From: Candidatus Latescibacterota bacterium
Lineage (GTDB): Bacteria > Latescibacterota > UBA2968
Length of the DNA stretch: 64,000 nt
Assembly (NCBI GenBank): GCA_965198115.1
Contig: OZ240241.1
Location: 5,184,001-5,248,000, forward strand
Reading direction: 5' to 3'
Part shown: one piece after another, positions 1 to 10,642 of the stretch
Layout: each line of letters opens with the position of its first letter
How positions within the stretch are numbered: the stretch's first letter is position 1
The notes under the pieces: model-generated
What the model saw: the letters and a program-made list of their open reading frames with translations, nothing else
Told to the model about the DNA's origin: nothing
The model's database searches: none
Program-made: the position numbers and the translations under genes

Positions 1-1038
1 TCGCAGGGTCCTGACGAACTTTCGCAGGGGTTCAAGTCGACTTCTGAGTGCGGACGTCGTCCAGCATTTCAGGAAGCGTTCGGCAGCCCAGGGCGCTTTG
101 TATTCCCAGAACTGCTCGAACTCGTCCTTGAGTCTCCAGGCTCTATAGATTCGGTAGTTCGCCTTCTCCAGTGCTTTGAGTGTCCGAGTATCCCCTCTGG
201 AGCGTGTCGCTGAGTGCCGGTAGAGGAGCCATCGGAGGCCCTTCATGGCTTTGCGCTCATCCGGGGCAGCTTTACGCCACTGGTCCTTACGGACCTCGTC
301 AACGGCGGCATTGAGAGCCTTGACGATGTAGCGATCGAGGACCAGCTTGGCATTCGGACAGTGTTCCTGGATGGCTCCGATGTAAGCTTCGCTCATGTCG
401 CAGCAGGCCCACTCGATCTTGGATCTCCGGTAGGGACTGAGAGCCTCTGTGAAGAACCGATCGATCGTTTTACGCGCCCTGCCGCGGCCAACCCACACCA
501 CGCAGGAGCGGTCCAGATCGTAAACGAGCGTGGCGTACCTGTGACGCTTGGCGTAGGAGATCTCGTCGATCCCGATGGTTTTGAGCCCTCGGATACGATG
601 ACCTTCACGAAGCCGCGTGATGGATCGGTGAAGGAGATCCGACAGCGTCGAGGCAGAGATGCGCAGCAACTCGGACGCCGCCTTCTGCGTCATGGTCTGG
701 CAGTAGCGCAGCATGGCATACTCGAAGCGATACGTCACCCGAGAGAACCGCTCCGCCCACGGAATCTCCTCGACCACACGACCGTGGGTAGGACACCGAA
801 TCTCCCGAGGATGGTAGAGAAGCCAGACCCTCCACCCGCACACCGGAATGTCACGCCACCGACGCGGATGGGGCATTGTGCGGACGATTTTACCTCGACG
901 GCCGCACTCCGGACAACAACAACCATTCTTATGTGGCTTTACGGCGATGACGAAACAGCTTCTCCCCTCAAACCACCAGCTGACAACACGGAACCCCTTG
1001 AATCTCAGCAGTTTCGATAGTAATCTGCTCCCGGTCAT
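1..1038 (-). CDS. ISL3-family transposase (C-terminus beyond window; absent from ORF track)
   Basis: Hand translation from ATG 1038: MTGSRLLSKLL...CPECGRRG (zinc finger)...WRD.PVCG...IGIDEISY...ACCDMSEAY...VLDRYIVK; open to position 1. Confidence 0.9.
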   Translation of the reverse strand, partial: MTGSRLLSKLLRFKGFRVVSWWFEGRSCFVIAVKPHKNGCCCPECGRRGKIVRTMPHPRRWRDIPVCGWRVWLLYHPREIRCPTHGRVVEEIPWAERFSRVTYRFEYAMLRYCQTMTQKAASELLRISASTLSDLLHRSITRLREGHRIRGLKTIGIDEISYAKRHRYATLVYDLDRSCVVWVGRGRARKTIDRFFTEALSPYRRSKIEWACCDMSEAYIGAIQEHCPNAKLVLDRYIVKALNAAVDEVRKDQWRKAAPDERKAMKGLRWLLYRHSATRSRGDTRTLKALEKANYRIYRAWRLKDEFEQFWEYKAPWAAERFLKCWTTSALRSRLEPLRKFVRTLR

Positions 1039-1147
1039 AGGTCGCACCCCCTTCGCTTTGATTGTCCTACACACACAACCAAGCGTAGGGAACGATCTAT
1101 GACCTTGTCATTCTATAGTTTCACCGTTGAGAAACCCGGATAGAGCC
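1..1147 (-). mobile_element. ISL3-family insertion sequence (runs off left edge)
   Basis: Minus-strand terminus GGCTCTATCCGGG at 1147 (ISL3-type GG end), flanked by AT-rich TTAAAAAA; contains an ISL3 transposase; truncates a dioxygenase gene. Confidence 0.85.
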
Positions 1148-1857
1148 TTAAAAAAGTCCTCGGTGGCGAAATCTTCGCGTGGGAAGACAGTGACGCCCGA
1201 CTGAGGATCGTGCTCGGTCCCGCCGCCACTCGCGAAGGATCGACCGATGCCCTCAAGTTCTCCTTCAGCACCCCACCCCACCAGGACTTCTACTTCTTTC
1301 GGCCCGTGCGATTCTGTACGGTCTGGATTCCGCTGATGGAGATCGACGAAACCACCGGTGGCTTGACCCTGCGACAAAACGCCCACGAGGAAGGTCTTCA
1401 CGAAATCTGGTGGAAGGGCAAAGAATTCCTCGGCATGGCCGAAACGCCCCAGATCGCACGGGAGTGGGCGGAGTCGGGAGCGGTCCCCGTGGCCGGGACG
1501 GCCCGGCCCTCCGATGCAGACCAGGATAAACCCTGGCTCCGCTCCGACTTTGAAATCGGCGACGCCCTGATCATCGACCCGCTCATGATCCACGCCGGTG
1601 TGCCCAACCATTCGAATCTGATCCGACTCTCAGTCGACTTCCGCTATCAGCTTCAGAGCACGCAGACACATTGGGAGTCGCACAACACCATGGAGTACGC
1701 GGGAGAATACTTTTCCGGTGTGCTGGAGTGTATCGACGGTCTCGATCTGAAACCGGGCACCTACGAAAATGTCTGGGAAAGGATGCGTCTCGCCGGCCCG
1801 GATGATCGTACGGGCGTCCCTGAACGAGTACGGGTCCTCGTCGATGAAATGCAATAG
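1148..1857 (+). pseudogene. PhyH-family Fe/2OG dioxygenase, 5'-truncated by ISL3
   Basis: Frame open from the IS junction (KKVLGGEIFAW...); TPPHQD, TVWIPL, GDALI...IHAG.PN, RLSVDFRYQ motifs; N-terminus missing. Confidence 0.8.
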
Positions 1858-1881
1858 CTGTGGATGGATCGGTATCGCGGA

Positions 1882-1907
1882 CCCCTCGCCTACGCTCGGA
1901 ACAGGCT
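1882..1907. repeat. Degenerate CTTCGACT.CGCTCAG-type REP-like repeat
   Basis: CCCCTCGCCTACGCTCGGAACAGGC resembles the reverse complement of the copies at 37419 and 48947. Confidence 0.4.
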
Positions 1908-1943
1908 CTTTGGCCCGCTTTATTTTCGCGCTGCTATTAAATT

Positions 1944-1993
1944 AAACCCAGCCGATGGGCTGGGCTAAGGCATCACGGGCGGTTGGCCCGTAA
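1944..1993. repeat. REP-like double hairpin between convergent genes
   Basis: CCCAGCC-GATG-GGCTGGG followed by ACGGGC-GGTTG-GCCCGT. Confidence 0.6.
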
Positions 1994-2067
1994 ACCACAC
2001 TTCCCGTCGACATCATTGTCGAATTCTAATGCTCCGCCGCGTGTCACGGAATCTCTTACCGACACCA

Positions 2068-3429
2068 CTATCCCGCCAGTAGCTCCTTCCGTTCCTCCAA
2101 CGACACGTAGTCTTCCGTCTCATCGAAGCTGTCCAGGACGTGGTCGATCTGACCGAATACCTTTCTGAATGCCGCGGCGTAACGATCCATGAGCTCAAAA
2201 TCGTTGGGCGGGATCAGCCGTCGCAAACAGAAGGAATTGTCCAAGATCGCGAACGTGTTCGGGCAGTCGTCCAGATCGTACGTCACATCGCTCCCGTGAT
2301 CTCTCCACGGACTGCCGTTGCCATAGCCAATCTTCTTGTGAAACACCGTCTGTGCGGGAAGCGGCACCTTCTGCCAGAGCGACGCATCCACCTTCTCCGC
2401 CTGTAGCGCCTTTAGCACGGCATTTCTGAGCTTCCCAGGCTCCACGTCCAGGTTCAGCGCTTCAGGATCAACCTGGACCGAATAGATGTAGTAGGTGTGC
2501 GTTCTGTCCTCTGGAACCCGCGGTGTAGTCAGTCCACTGATTTCGCTCAGTTGCTCCGATAGATACGCTGCGTTGCTCTGTGTGGCACGAATGTAGCCGT
2601 CCAGATGTTTGAGCTTTACCTGAGCCAGCGCCGAGGTCATCTCCCCCATCTTGTAATTCCACCCGACCCGCTCGTTCATGTAGGCCCGAACGTCAGCCTT
2701 CAACCCCTCGCCGGGCTCCCCGAACAGCCGCGTCATCGCTGCTCGGTCGTAGACGTCCTTGTCATTCGTGGTCATCAACCCGCCTTCGCCCACCATCAAC
2801 TGCTTGGTCGTACACATGGAGAAGCCCGCCGCATTCCCGATCGTCCCTGTCGTCTGCCCTCGATACTGACCACCGTAGGCTTGCGCGGAATCCTCGATCA
2901 CCGTCAGCCCGTGGCGCTGGGCGATCTCCTTGATCGGCTCCATGTCGGCAGCCAGACCATGCACGTGCACTGCCATGATCGCCCGCGTCCTGTCCGTGAT
3001 CTTCGCTTCGATCTTCGCAGGATCGATCGTGTAGGTGTCGGGATCGATATCGACGAACACCGGAATCGCGTTGTGGTGAAGCACCGCCAGGGCAGAAGCG
3101 ATGAAGCTGAACGCGGGGACGATCACCTCGTCTCCCGCTTCCACACCGACACCTGCGACCGCGCAGTGCAACGAAGCCGTACCGTTGCAAACCGCCAGAG
3201 CGTATTTGGCTCCGGTCCACTCGCAAAACGCCTTCTCCAACGCCTCGGACTGGGGCAGCCCGACGGGCAGTGCGATGCTCAGATGTCCCGTCCGCATCAC
3301 CTTGACCACCGCCTCTATCTCTTCTTCCGTGGCAATCCGGTAGCGTTCCCAATCGTGTGCGACCAGGTTGTCGGGAACGGCCGGCCGGCCGCCGTCGAGC
3401 GCCAGTTTTTCGGTCGTCTGCGTCATCAT
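2068..3429 (-). CDS. DegT/DnrJ/EryC1/StrS PLP-dependent aminotransferase
   Basis: KLALDGG, NGTASLH, GDEVIVP, IEDSAQAYG, FSMCTTKQLMVGEGG (PLP lysine). Confidence 0.93.
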   Translation of the reverse strand: MMTQTTEKLALDGGRPAVPDNLVAHDWERYRIATEEEIEAVVKVMRTGHLSIALPVGLPQSEALEKAFCEWTGAKYALAVCNGTASLHCAVAGVGVEAGDEVIVPAFSFIASALAVLHHNAIPVFVDIDPDTYTIDPAKIEAKITDRTRAIMAVHVHGLAADMEPIKEIAQRHGLTVIEDSAQAYGGQYRGQTTGTIGNAAGFSMCTTKQLMVGEGGLMTTNDKDVYDRAAMTRLFGEPGEGLKADVRAYMNERVGWNYKMGEMTSALAQVKLKHLDGYIRATQSNAAYLSEQLSEISGLTTPRVPEDRTHTYYIYSVQVDPEALNLDVEPGKLRNAVLKALQAEKVDASLWQKVPLPAQTVFHKKIGYGNGSPWRDHGSDVTYDLDDCPNTFAILDNSFCLRRLIPPNDFELMDRYAAAFRKVFGQIDHVLDSFDETEDYVSLEERKELLAG

Positions 3430-4097
3430 CCTCTCCCTTCAACCATTCCGGCTCCGGTTCCGCTCTCTTGCCAGGTGGCCAGAATCTCATCTGATGAAAA
3501 TGTTGGAAAGCTCCCCTCGAGGTAGGCCAATGCCCATTCATTGTAGTCGACACAGTCTCTCACGATCACCGGGTAGTAGCCTCTAGGCATGAGATCAACG
3601 GCCGTGCGAAGTACGCATCCACCGGACGCGATTCCAGTCAGGAGCAAGCTCGTCACCGATCTCTCCCGGAGGTGATCGACGAGGTAGGTGTTGTAAGCGG
3701 CGCTCCCCCGGCTCTTCCAGATGACGACATCACCTTCTTGCGGGGCCAGCTCATCGATCGTCCGAGATTCCCAGGTGCCTTCGACGACGTTCGACACCCA
3801 ATCTGCATTTCGATGGACCCACATCTCGGGCCCGTTCATCAAGGTCTGGCCAAGTGCGTTCGCGTGGATGAACTCGGTATACATCACCGGAATGCCGGCT
3901 CTTCTGGCTGCATCGAGCAGCCTGACGATAGCTGGAATGATTTCTCGATGCGGCGAGATGTCGTACCCGTGCTTGGCATAGCCTCCCTCCGGGGCAACAT
4001 CTTCGTTCACCATATCCACAACCAGAACGGCGCAAAGACCCGGATCGACGAGCTCTTCGATTTCGGTCCGAACCTCGACCCCGTGGATGGTTACCAT
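3426..4097 (-). CDS. Isochorismatase-like cysteine hydrolase
   Basis: AVLVVDMVN, KSRGSA, TGIASGGCVLRT; ATG at 4097 overlaps the 3' end of the upstream gene. Confidence 0.85.
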   Translation of the reverse strand: MVTIHGVEVRTEIEELVDPGLCAVLVVDMVNEDVAPEGGYAKHGYDISPHREIIPAIVRLLDAARRAGIPVMYTEFIHANALGQTLMNGPEMWVHRNADWVSNVVEGTWESRTIDELAPQEGDVVIWKSRGSAAYNTYLVDHLRERSVTSLLLTGIASGGCVLRTAVDLMPRGYYPVIVRDCVDYNEWALAYLEGSFPTFSSDEILATWQESGTGAGMVEGRG

Positions 4098-6040
4098 TTC
4101 AGATCTTCCTTCGTCACGAATCGATTCACCTTCCGCCACCTCGTCTGGTTCTCGCGATAGTGTGCCCGCTGATAGAGCGGATGGTATTTCCCCGGCGGGT
4201 CGATGAACACGACCTCGTTACCCTTGATCACCATCGTATACAGGACACACCCGATCATTTCGGTCACCGTTCGCTCGTGAATGGGAAAGGTTATCGCCAC
4301 TTTGTCATCGGGATCCGCGGGCCCTGCATCTACATAGCGACCCTCCCATGTGAAACCGGAATCTCGATCATTGATCGTGCAAACAACGTCATCGCTCCCG
4401 CTCTCGATCCACTCAGGAACCCTCACAAGCACTCGGTCGCACCGCTGCTTCACCTTCAGGTCCACTCTGCCTTCATACGGAATGTGACTATCCACATCGA
4501 CCCAGGGCGAGGCGCGATTGAGCAACAGGTGGACCTTCAGCATGCCGTCCTCACAATCCAGGATGTTTTCCCAGATGTAGTAAAGCGCCCGTGCCCCGTT
4601 ACCCGTACAGCAGTGCTGGATACCGCCGAAAATCGTCCAGTCGTTCGCGCTCGGCCATCCCGCAAACGCACCCAGATTCCGCTCGGCTACCCTATCGTCT
4701 GATTCGTGGAAAGCGATGAGCCCTCTCTTTTGTGGCTTTGGAATCCGATCCACCCAGTCCACCCGCATGAGCTGGTTTTCCGCGAACTGGTTTCGAATCC
4801 AACGATCTGCGTCATCCCAGTAATCTCCGATTCCCAGTCGCGTCATTTTCAGCGCGAGGGCGATCATGTCGGCCACTTCACACGTTTCCGACACAAGGCA
4901 CCCGCGCGCCGCTTTGGGATACGGATTTCCGATCGGTGTGTCCTCGATCAGCTCGGGAAAGAAACCGACCGTGGGCGAACTGTGCGAACGACCGAACTCG
5001 TAGCCCTTCCGCACGAATTCCAGCAGATCCCCATCGCCGGCTTCGACTGCATACTCGAGCATGAAGAGCAGGTCGATCGCGTGGTCGTGGAAGTGAATCA
5101 CATCCCGCGTCGCATCGATGAAGGTCGCATCCTCCTCGAAAAATGCACCGTGATCCTTGACGTAGACCACCAGCTCTCCAGCCAGATCCAACGCGGGTTG
5201 ATATCCCGTGAACCGGTAACAGTGTGTCAGCCCCTGGATGAGACGGCCCGCCGCCAGACCGGATTTCACCCCCAGCGGGATCTCGGCATTCTGATCGACC
5301 TTCGCGTTCGGTTCGAAGCTGCCTTCCGGGTAGTAGCTGTAGCCTTCCCTGTGAATGTCGAGCTCGGACAGACGGTCCACCGTCTTTTGAACGAGGTCCT
5401 TCCACACCTCGTCACCATCCCGCTGGTAGTAGACCATCATCGCCGACAACAGTCGTCCTTCCGCGATCCAATCGTGAGTAATCTGGGAGACGGATTCGTC
5501 ATCGATCGTTGTGGTCTCGCCGTTTGCCCGCCAGATCGGGTGGGGATACCCGTCAGGCCCTACGTAGAGTTTCGCCCAGGGCCTGCCCTTGAGTGCCATG
5601 TAGACAAGCCCGTCTGGGCCGATCGAACGCATCAGCGTTCGCATCCACGCCTCATCAACGTGGTCGTTGTAGTCGCTGCCGCAAATCAGTCTCAGCAGTG
5701 GCAGAGCTTCCATGAACTTCGGCTGCACATCGTCCACATCGTGCCACATCACCGGCGGGTCGCGGAAAAAATTGACCTGCCAGTAGACCTCGTAGTCCGC
5801 CTCAGGATCCGTCGGTCCGGTCAGCCCATTGATCGCGAGCTTCGCCCGCTCCGCGAAGTCGAGCGTATCCGGCGCCCACGTCTCGTACCGGTCCCCTTCG
5901 TAGGGAGGAATCTCGAACGGCAACGGCGATTCGCGAATGTATTCGATCGCCGATTCCTTCGACGAACCGTCCGACTCGGAGACCTTCGACAAATCCAGAA
6001 AGTCGTCTTCAGGCCGCACGTCCGGTTGATTCGATCGCAT
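4091..6040 (-). CDS. GH127/GH146-like (alpha/alpha)6-barrel glycosidase-like protein
   Basis: SETCEVAD and QHCCTGN motifs as in cysteine glycosidases; C-terminal PYEGRV...VRVPEW beta domain. Confidence 0.65.
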   Translation of the reverse strand: MRSNQPDVRPEDDFLDLSKVSESDGSSKESAIEYIRESPLPFEIPPYEGDRYETWAPDTLDFAERAKLAINGLTGPTDPEADYEVYWQVNFFRDPPVMWHDVDDVQPKFMEALPLLRLICGSDYNDHVDEAWMRTLMRSIGPDGLVYMALKGRPWAKLYVGPDGYPHPIWRANGETTTIDDESVSQITHDWIAEGRLLSAMMVYYQRDGDEVWKDLVQKTVDRLSELDIHREGYSYYPEGSFEPNAKVDQNAEIPLGVKSGLAAGRLIQGLTHCYRFTGYQPALDLAGELVVYVKDHGAFFEEDATFIDATRDVIHFHDHAIDLLFMLEYAVEAGDGDLLEFVRKGYEFGRSHSSPTVGFFPELIEDTPIGNPYPKAARGCLVSETCEVADMIALALKMTRLGIGDYWDDADRWIRNQFAENQLMRVDWVDRIPKPQKRGLIAFHESDDRVAERNLGAFAGWPSANDWTIFGGIQHCCTGNGARALYYIWENILDCEDGMLKVHLLLNRASPWVDVDSHIPYEGRVDLKVKQRCDRVLVRVPEWIESGSDDVVCTINDRDSGFTWEGRYVDAGPADPDDKVAITFPIHERTVTEMIGCVLYTMVIKGNEVVFIDPPGKYHPLYQRAHYRENQTRWRKVNRFVTKEDLKW

Positions 6041-6103
6041 CCCTGTCTCCTATCATAGTGGCAGTCGCGCTCTGCGCTCACGTGAAGCGACTGTGCCCGC
6101 GCT

Positions 6104-7262
6104 TCAATTGATGCGCCAGCGCGTGCACGTGCCTGCCCCCGTCATCGTGACAAGGGTGTCGTCATCCATAGCGACGCTGGACGCGTAGCCGCTCCCCACG
6201 CCCCGCTCGTGCGAGCCCAACACACTTCCCCCCGCCACTGTCACGTGATACACTTCTGGCGACCAGGTCTGGCCACCGTCGCGACTGACCCGCGCCAGCA
6301 CCTGCTGTTTCTCATACGGGTAGCGATGATCGCAGGTCAGGACCATCGTACCATCCGGGAGCTCCGTCAATTCCCCGTGGCATTCCCCGAGCACCAGGTC
6401 CGTCCCCCCATCAGGTGTCCGTCTCACAGGGCGGAAATCGATCCACGTCCTACCATCGTCCTCCGAATCCGCCAGATATACCCGCTTGCCAGGAGGCAAC
6501 TGCCATCGAGAACGGATGCTGATATCGGATCGCCGCGATCAACCGACCGGATCGAAGTCGCAGCAGGGTCGTCTCGAAAGACCAATCCGGCAGTGGCGTT
6601 CGCTCCCCCCACGTCCGGCCTCCATCGGTCGACCGAAAAACGTAAGTCTGGGCATAGGGCGCGCCTTCCCAGGGCTGGCCGGACTTCCGCGCTCCCTCTT
6701 CGATCCGCGCAGTCTCGCCGTGGGTCAGGCCAAGACGCTGAGGCCACAACACCGTCCCATCCGGCAGTTCGGTCATCCGGTTCGAACTGCACCCCACCGA
6801 CGGGAAGGGCGTCTTGTCGAACGGCACAGGTCCTTCCCAGGAATCGCCCCCATCTTCACTCCGGATGACGAAACACGCCTCCTCCATCCCCTGGACGGAG
6901 AGCTGATCCAGATTCTGCAAGAATGCCCAAACCAGCGTGCCATCTTTCAGGATTCCGAACGAATCGCTCGTCATCGCCCAACGCTTTTCCCAAAACAGAA
7001 ACTCCATCGAGTCGCGCGAGAAGTTATGGTCCAGAAATCGACGCCAATCCAGCCGTTTCTCCGACCAGCTCCGCCCTTCATCCGTCGAAGACAAAAGCAC
7101 GCTTTCGAGCCCGGGCCCCTCGGTCGAGAATCCGGCGTAGAGCGTCCCGTTCTCCGTTCTGCCAATCGGCGCGCCCCGACCGAACGGTACCGGAACGACT
7201 TCGGCAGGGACCGTACAGACATCCTGACCATCTGTCGTTTCGCAGATCTCACCAGACTCCAA
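6104..7262 (-). pseudogene. BNR/Asp-box sialidase-like protein, split by a frame change near 6500
   Basis: S.D.G.(T/S)W Asp-boxes in both ORF 6450-7262 and ORF 6104-6499. Confidence 0.75.
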
Positions 7263-7334
7263 ATGCTCTCCTCTCGTGGAATCAGTCCTTCACGGATGGC
7301 GCGTTCGATGAATGGAATCTTTCTCGGGCAACGT

Positions 7335-8525
7335 TCACGAGTGATCCAGTCCCCAGATCGGGAAGTAATACGGGAATAGCTGCTCCAGGATTTCGCCAGC
7401 CGCGGGACCCAGCGACAAGGGTTCGAGCGCAGCGTGACCGCCGAAAATAAGTTGTGTGAGTTGCCTGCGCGTCAGCGCGATTGGCTCGGACGTTCGATCG
7501 TAAGAGATGTCCATCGTTCCGTCTTCGAACACGAGTGACACGCACTCATCCATCTCGTCGCACGCCAGGCAGATCGTCCCCCGAAGCCCCGTCGCCTTTC
7601 CACTCAGATGATTCTGGATTCCTCTCAATAACTTTTCGAGGCTGTTGACCCGCATCATCTGATAGCCTGCGCCCTTCCCCTCCTCAACGGGACGTCCCGT
7701 TCCTGGTTTCTTTGCCTCGATCAACGTTCCCAGCGTCGAGGGTGTCAACGAAGCCCACACTTGAACGGCCTCGGCGATCCTTTCTCGCAGCACGTACCTG
7801 ACCAGGGCTTCCAACGCTTTCGGCTCACCGCCCCCCTCGATCAACCCAGGCTTGTTCACCGCTTCTCCGAACACCAGATAGGCAGCAGGTTGCCGTTCTC
7901 CCACGGCCAAGAAGGTGTGAATCTTCGGTAGCGTCAGGAGCGCCTGATAGTCTTCGCGAGAGCGCCGGATGTGATAGGGCTCTGCGTTGTGGATCTGGCC
8001 GATGGGATCGAGATACCCGGAATCGGCAGGGTCATAGGGGACAATGTCAAACGGTCCTGCATTGAACAGTGCGTGTTCATCGGGGCGGAGCGTGTAGACC
8101 CAACCCTGAGACCCGACCCCCTCCCAACCTGACTGCTGATAGAAAGGAAAGGTGGCCTCCACCGTCCACAACACGGAGACAGGCCATCCTTCCTCTTCCA
8201 TGATGCGAACACAATCCCGAAGACAGAGCGTCGCATATCCCCGTTTCCGATGGTCCGGATGGGTGATCGTCGGACTGATGATTCCGATCGTGAACGCATC
8301 ATCCCTCGCGACGACCTCACGAGGCGCAACCGGCACGTGGGATACGACCTTGCCGTCGACCTTGAGAATGCGCATGAAATCGAGTTTCGAAGCGTTGAAG
8401 ACCAGGGGATAATCTGTGCGGATGTCCTGATCCACGCCGTCTCGAAACGTCTGATTGATCAGTGTGATGACTTCGTCGAATTCTGATTCGCGACAAGCGC
8501 GTGGTCCATCCACTTGTGCATTCAT
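7335..8525 (-). CDS. Eis-like GNAT acetyltransferase
   Basis: THPDHRKRGYA acetyl-CoA motif, FYQQSGWE; ~400 aa with SCP2-like C-terminus ending WGLDHS. Confidence 0.75.
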   Translation of the reverse strand: MNAQVDGPRACRESEFDEVITLINQTFRDGVDQDIRTDYPLVFNASKLDFMRILKVDGKVVSHVPVAPREVVARDDAFTIGIISPTITHPDHRKRGYATLCLRDCVRIMEEEGWPVSVLWTVEATFPFYQQSGWEGVGSQGWVYTLRPDEHALFNAGPFDIVPYDPADSGYLDPIGQIHNAEPYHIRRSREDYQALLTLPKIHTFLAVGERQPAAYLVFGEAVNKPGLIEGGGEPKALEALVRYVLRERIAEAVQVWASLTPSTLGTLIEAKKPGTGRPVEEGKGAGYQMMRVNSLEKLLRGIQNHLSGKATGLRGTICLACDEMDECVSLVFEDGTMDISYDRTSEPIALTRRQLTQLIFGGHAALEPLSLGPAAGEILEQLFPYYFPIWGLDHS

Positions 8526-9268
8526 TACAAATCTCCGCCCGCAAGGGCCACACGGCGATCGATAACGTACTCGGCGACGTGAAGTACGGTATCGGTCCAG
8601 ATGCGGTGACGATTCTGGTCAAGGTGATGGGCTAAGTGCTCCAGGGCTCGAGGTTCGATGTCGAGCGAATGGTCTCCTCCCACGCCGTGCGCGGTGATGA
8701 CGGCCCATAGTCCCTGATCGACCACATTCTCCACGTAGTCGATCATCTCCGCTCCAGTATTGCCGCTGACCGGCCAGGACCAGAGGTAAGCGAGATCGAT
8801 GTCGTACGGGTTGTTGGGATTGTCTCCACGTCCCCGTCCGGCCTTGAAGCGACGGGCTACCGACGGAACGTAGAACGCTCGGCTCTCGCCCGAGCCGACG
8901 TAATCTTCATAGCACGGGTAACAGTAGGTGCGGACCCCCTGTTGCTCCGGGAAGAGCCCGTCGAGGATCGCGGTTGCTTCGTCGATCGTCGTCTCGACAT
9001 CGGAAAGGGTCATTTTTTCTAAGCAGTATTCCGTTTCCTGCGTCTGCCGGTGCGTAGATGACCGTCTCCAGTTGCAAGAGCACGGGTGCCGGGTCGTGTG
9101 GTTGCCGATCTCGTGACCGTTCCGGCTCGCAGCCTGCCAGCGGGGAACGTTCTGGTCCCAGTTAGGGCTGAGACCGGGGTTTACGTAAAACGTTCCCTTC
9201 AAATCGTGATCATCCAGATAGGGAATGGCGTTATCAAGGTGTGTCTGGACGCCGTCGTCGAAGGTCAG

Positions 9269-10642
9269 GAGCTCAGGTCAATAGGTGTGTAAAAGAAATC
9301 AGGCGGCCATCTTCCCGGCTTCGACCTGCGGTCCGGTTGAGTGTTTCTGATCGTAGACTTGTTGTAGCAAGTGTGGCGCGGTGAGTTTCCTGAATCGGCT
9401 CTCTGCGACCTTGAGCGTACGCCAGATGAGAGTCGTGGCGTTCCTGACTTTCTTGAATCGCCTGGCGGCGTTTGTGCGAAGCCGAACGGAAGCAAAGGGG
9501 CTCTCGACGACGTTCGTGGTTCTCAGGTGTTTCCAGTGTTCCTTCGGGAAGTCGTAGAACGTGACCATCCGATCCCAGTTTCTTTCGAGCGTCTCCACGG
9601 CGGCAGGGAACTGTGAGCGATACCGTGCGGCAAAGCGTTTCCGGAGCTTCTCGGCCTCCTTTTTCGTGCCGGCATAGGGGATCTGGACGAGCAGTGCGCG
9701 GGCTTCAGCCTGTGCACGCTTGGCGACCTTGTCGAGCACGTTGAGGATCTTGTGGTTCCAGCACCGTTGTTGCCGGCTCTCTGGCCAGACCTGATCAACG
9801 GCCGCCCAGATGCCCATATTCCCGTCCGCGGCGATCAGGACAGGATGTTCGAGCCCGCGATCCCGGAGATCCCGGAGCACCGTGAGCCAGGATTCTGTAG
9901 ACTCTCGATAACCGGGTTCTATCGCCAGGATCTCCTTGCTGCCGTCGCTCATCGCGCCGATCACGACCAGCAGACACGCCTTCTCGCGCTCGAGCCCGGC
10001 TTTGACGTAGATGCCATCAGCCCAGGCGTAGACCAGTTCGCGATTATCCAGACGCCTTTCTTTCCAGTCCTGGAAGTCGACCTCCCACTTCCCTCGAAGA
10101 CGAGCGATCGAGGTCGGCGAAAGCGGCGCGCCATCACCGAGCAGCGCACGCAAAGACAACTCGAAGTCGCCCTGGGAGAGACCGTGGAGATAAAGGTCGG
10201 GAAGCAGATCTCCAATGGCCCTGGTTCTCCGGGCGAACAGGGGGAGGATGCGGCTTTCAAACCGCTCTTCCAGACCACGAACCCGGGGACGCCGGACCTT
10301 GATCGTTCCGCAGCTCGTCGAGAGACGCCGGGGCTTGCCGTAGCCGTTCCTGTAGCCCCTGGAGCTATCGACCTCGGCTCGGCGCTCATACCACGACCGG
10401 CCCAAGAACGCGGTCGCCTCCTCCTCCAGAATGGACTGGAACCGGCCCTGGATCTCTTCACGGATCCAATCGTCAACCGTCTCCCACGTCGGCATGGACT
10501 TCAATGGGGCTCTATGCGTATGTTCCTTCACGGCGATCCTCCTTCCCAACCGGGCCTCTCACCCGGTTTTGTGTGAATCAACTATCTCACGGGAAGGGTA
10601 GGGTCGCCCTTTCTCTTTTTCCACACCTTTTGATTATAGCTC
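9269..10642 (-). mobile_element. IS256-family insertion sequence
   Basis: IRs GAGCTCAGGTCAATAGGTGTG / GAGCTATAATCAAAAGGTGTG; 8-bp direct repeat AAGGTCAG at 9261-9268 and 10643-10650. Confidence 0.95.
9299..10549 (-). CDS. IS256-family (mutator-type) transposase
   Basis: YRNGY, LYLHGLS, WADGIY, ADG, QRCWNH, LRTTNVVES. Confidence 0.95.
   Translation of the reverse strand: MGRRIAVKEHTHRAPLKSMPTWETVDDWIREEIQGRFQSILEEEATAFLGRSWYERRAEVDSSRGYRNGYGKPRRLSTSCGTIKVRRPRVRGLEERFESRILPLFARRTRAIGDLLPDLYLHGLSQGDFELSLRALLGDGAPLSPTSIARLRGKWEVDFQDWKERRLDNRELVYAWADGIYVKAGLEREKACLLVVIGAMSDGSKEILAIEPGYRESTESWLTVLRDLRDRGLEHPVLIAADGNMGIWAAVDQVWPESRQQRCWNHKILNVLDKVAKRAQAEARALLVQIPYAGTKKEAEKLRKRFAARYRSQFPAAVETLERNWDRMVTFYDFPKEHWKHLRTTNVVESPFASVRLRTNAARRFKKVRNATTLIWRTLKVAESRFRKLTAPHLLQQVYDQKHSTGPQVEAGKMAA

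Noticed and set aside
214-1020. 268-aa plus-strand ORF
   Set aside because: Antisense shadow of the ISL3 transposase on the minus strand
2605-6058. Long plus-strand ORFs (306 aa, 450 aa)
   Set aside because: Antisense to well-supported genes; typical of high-GC codon bias, no motifs
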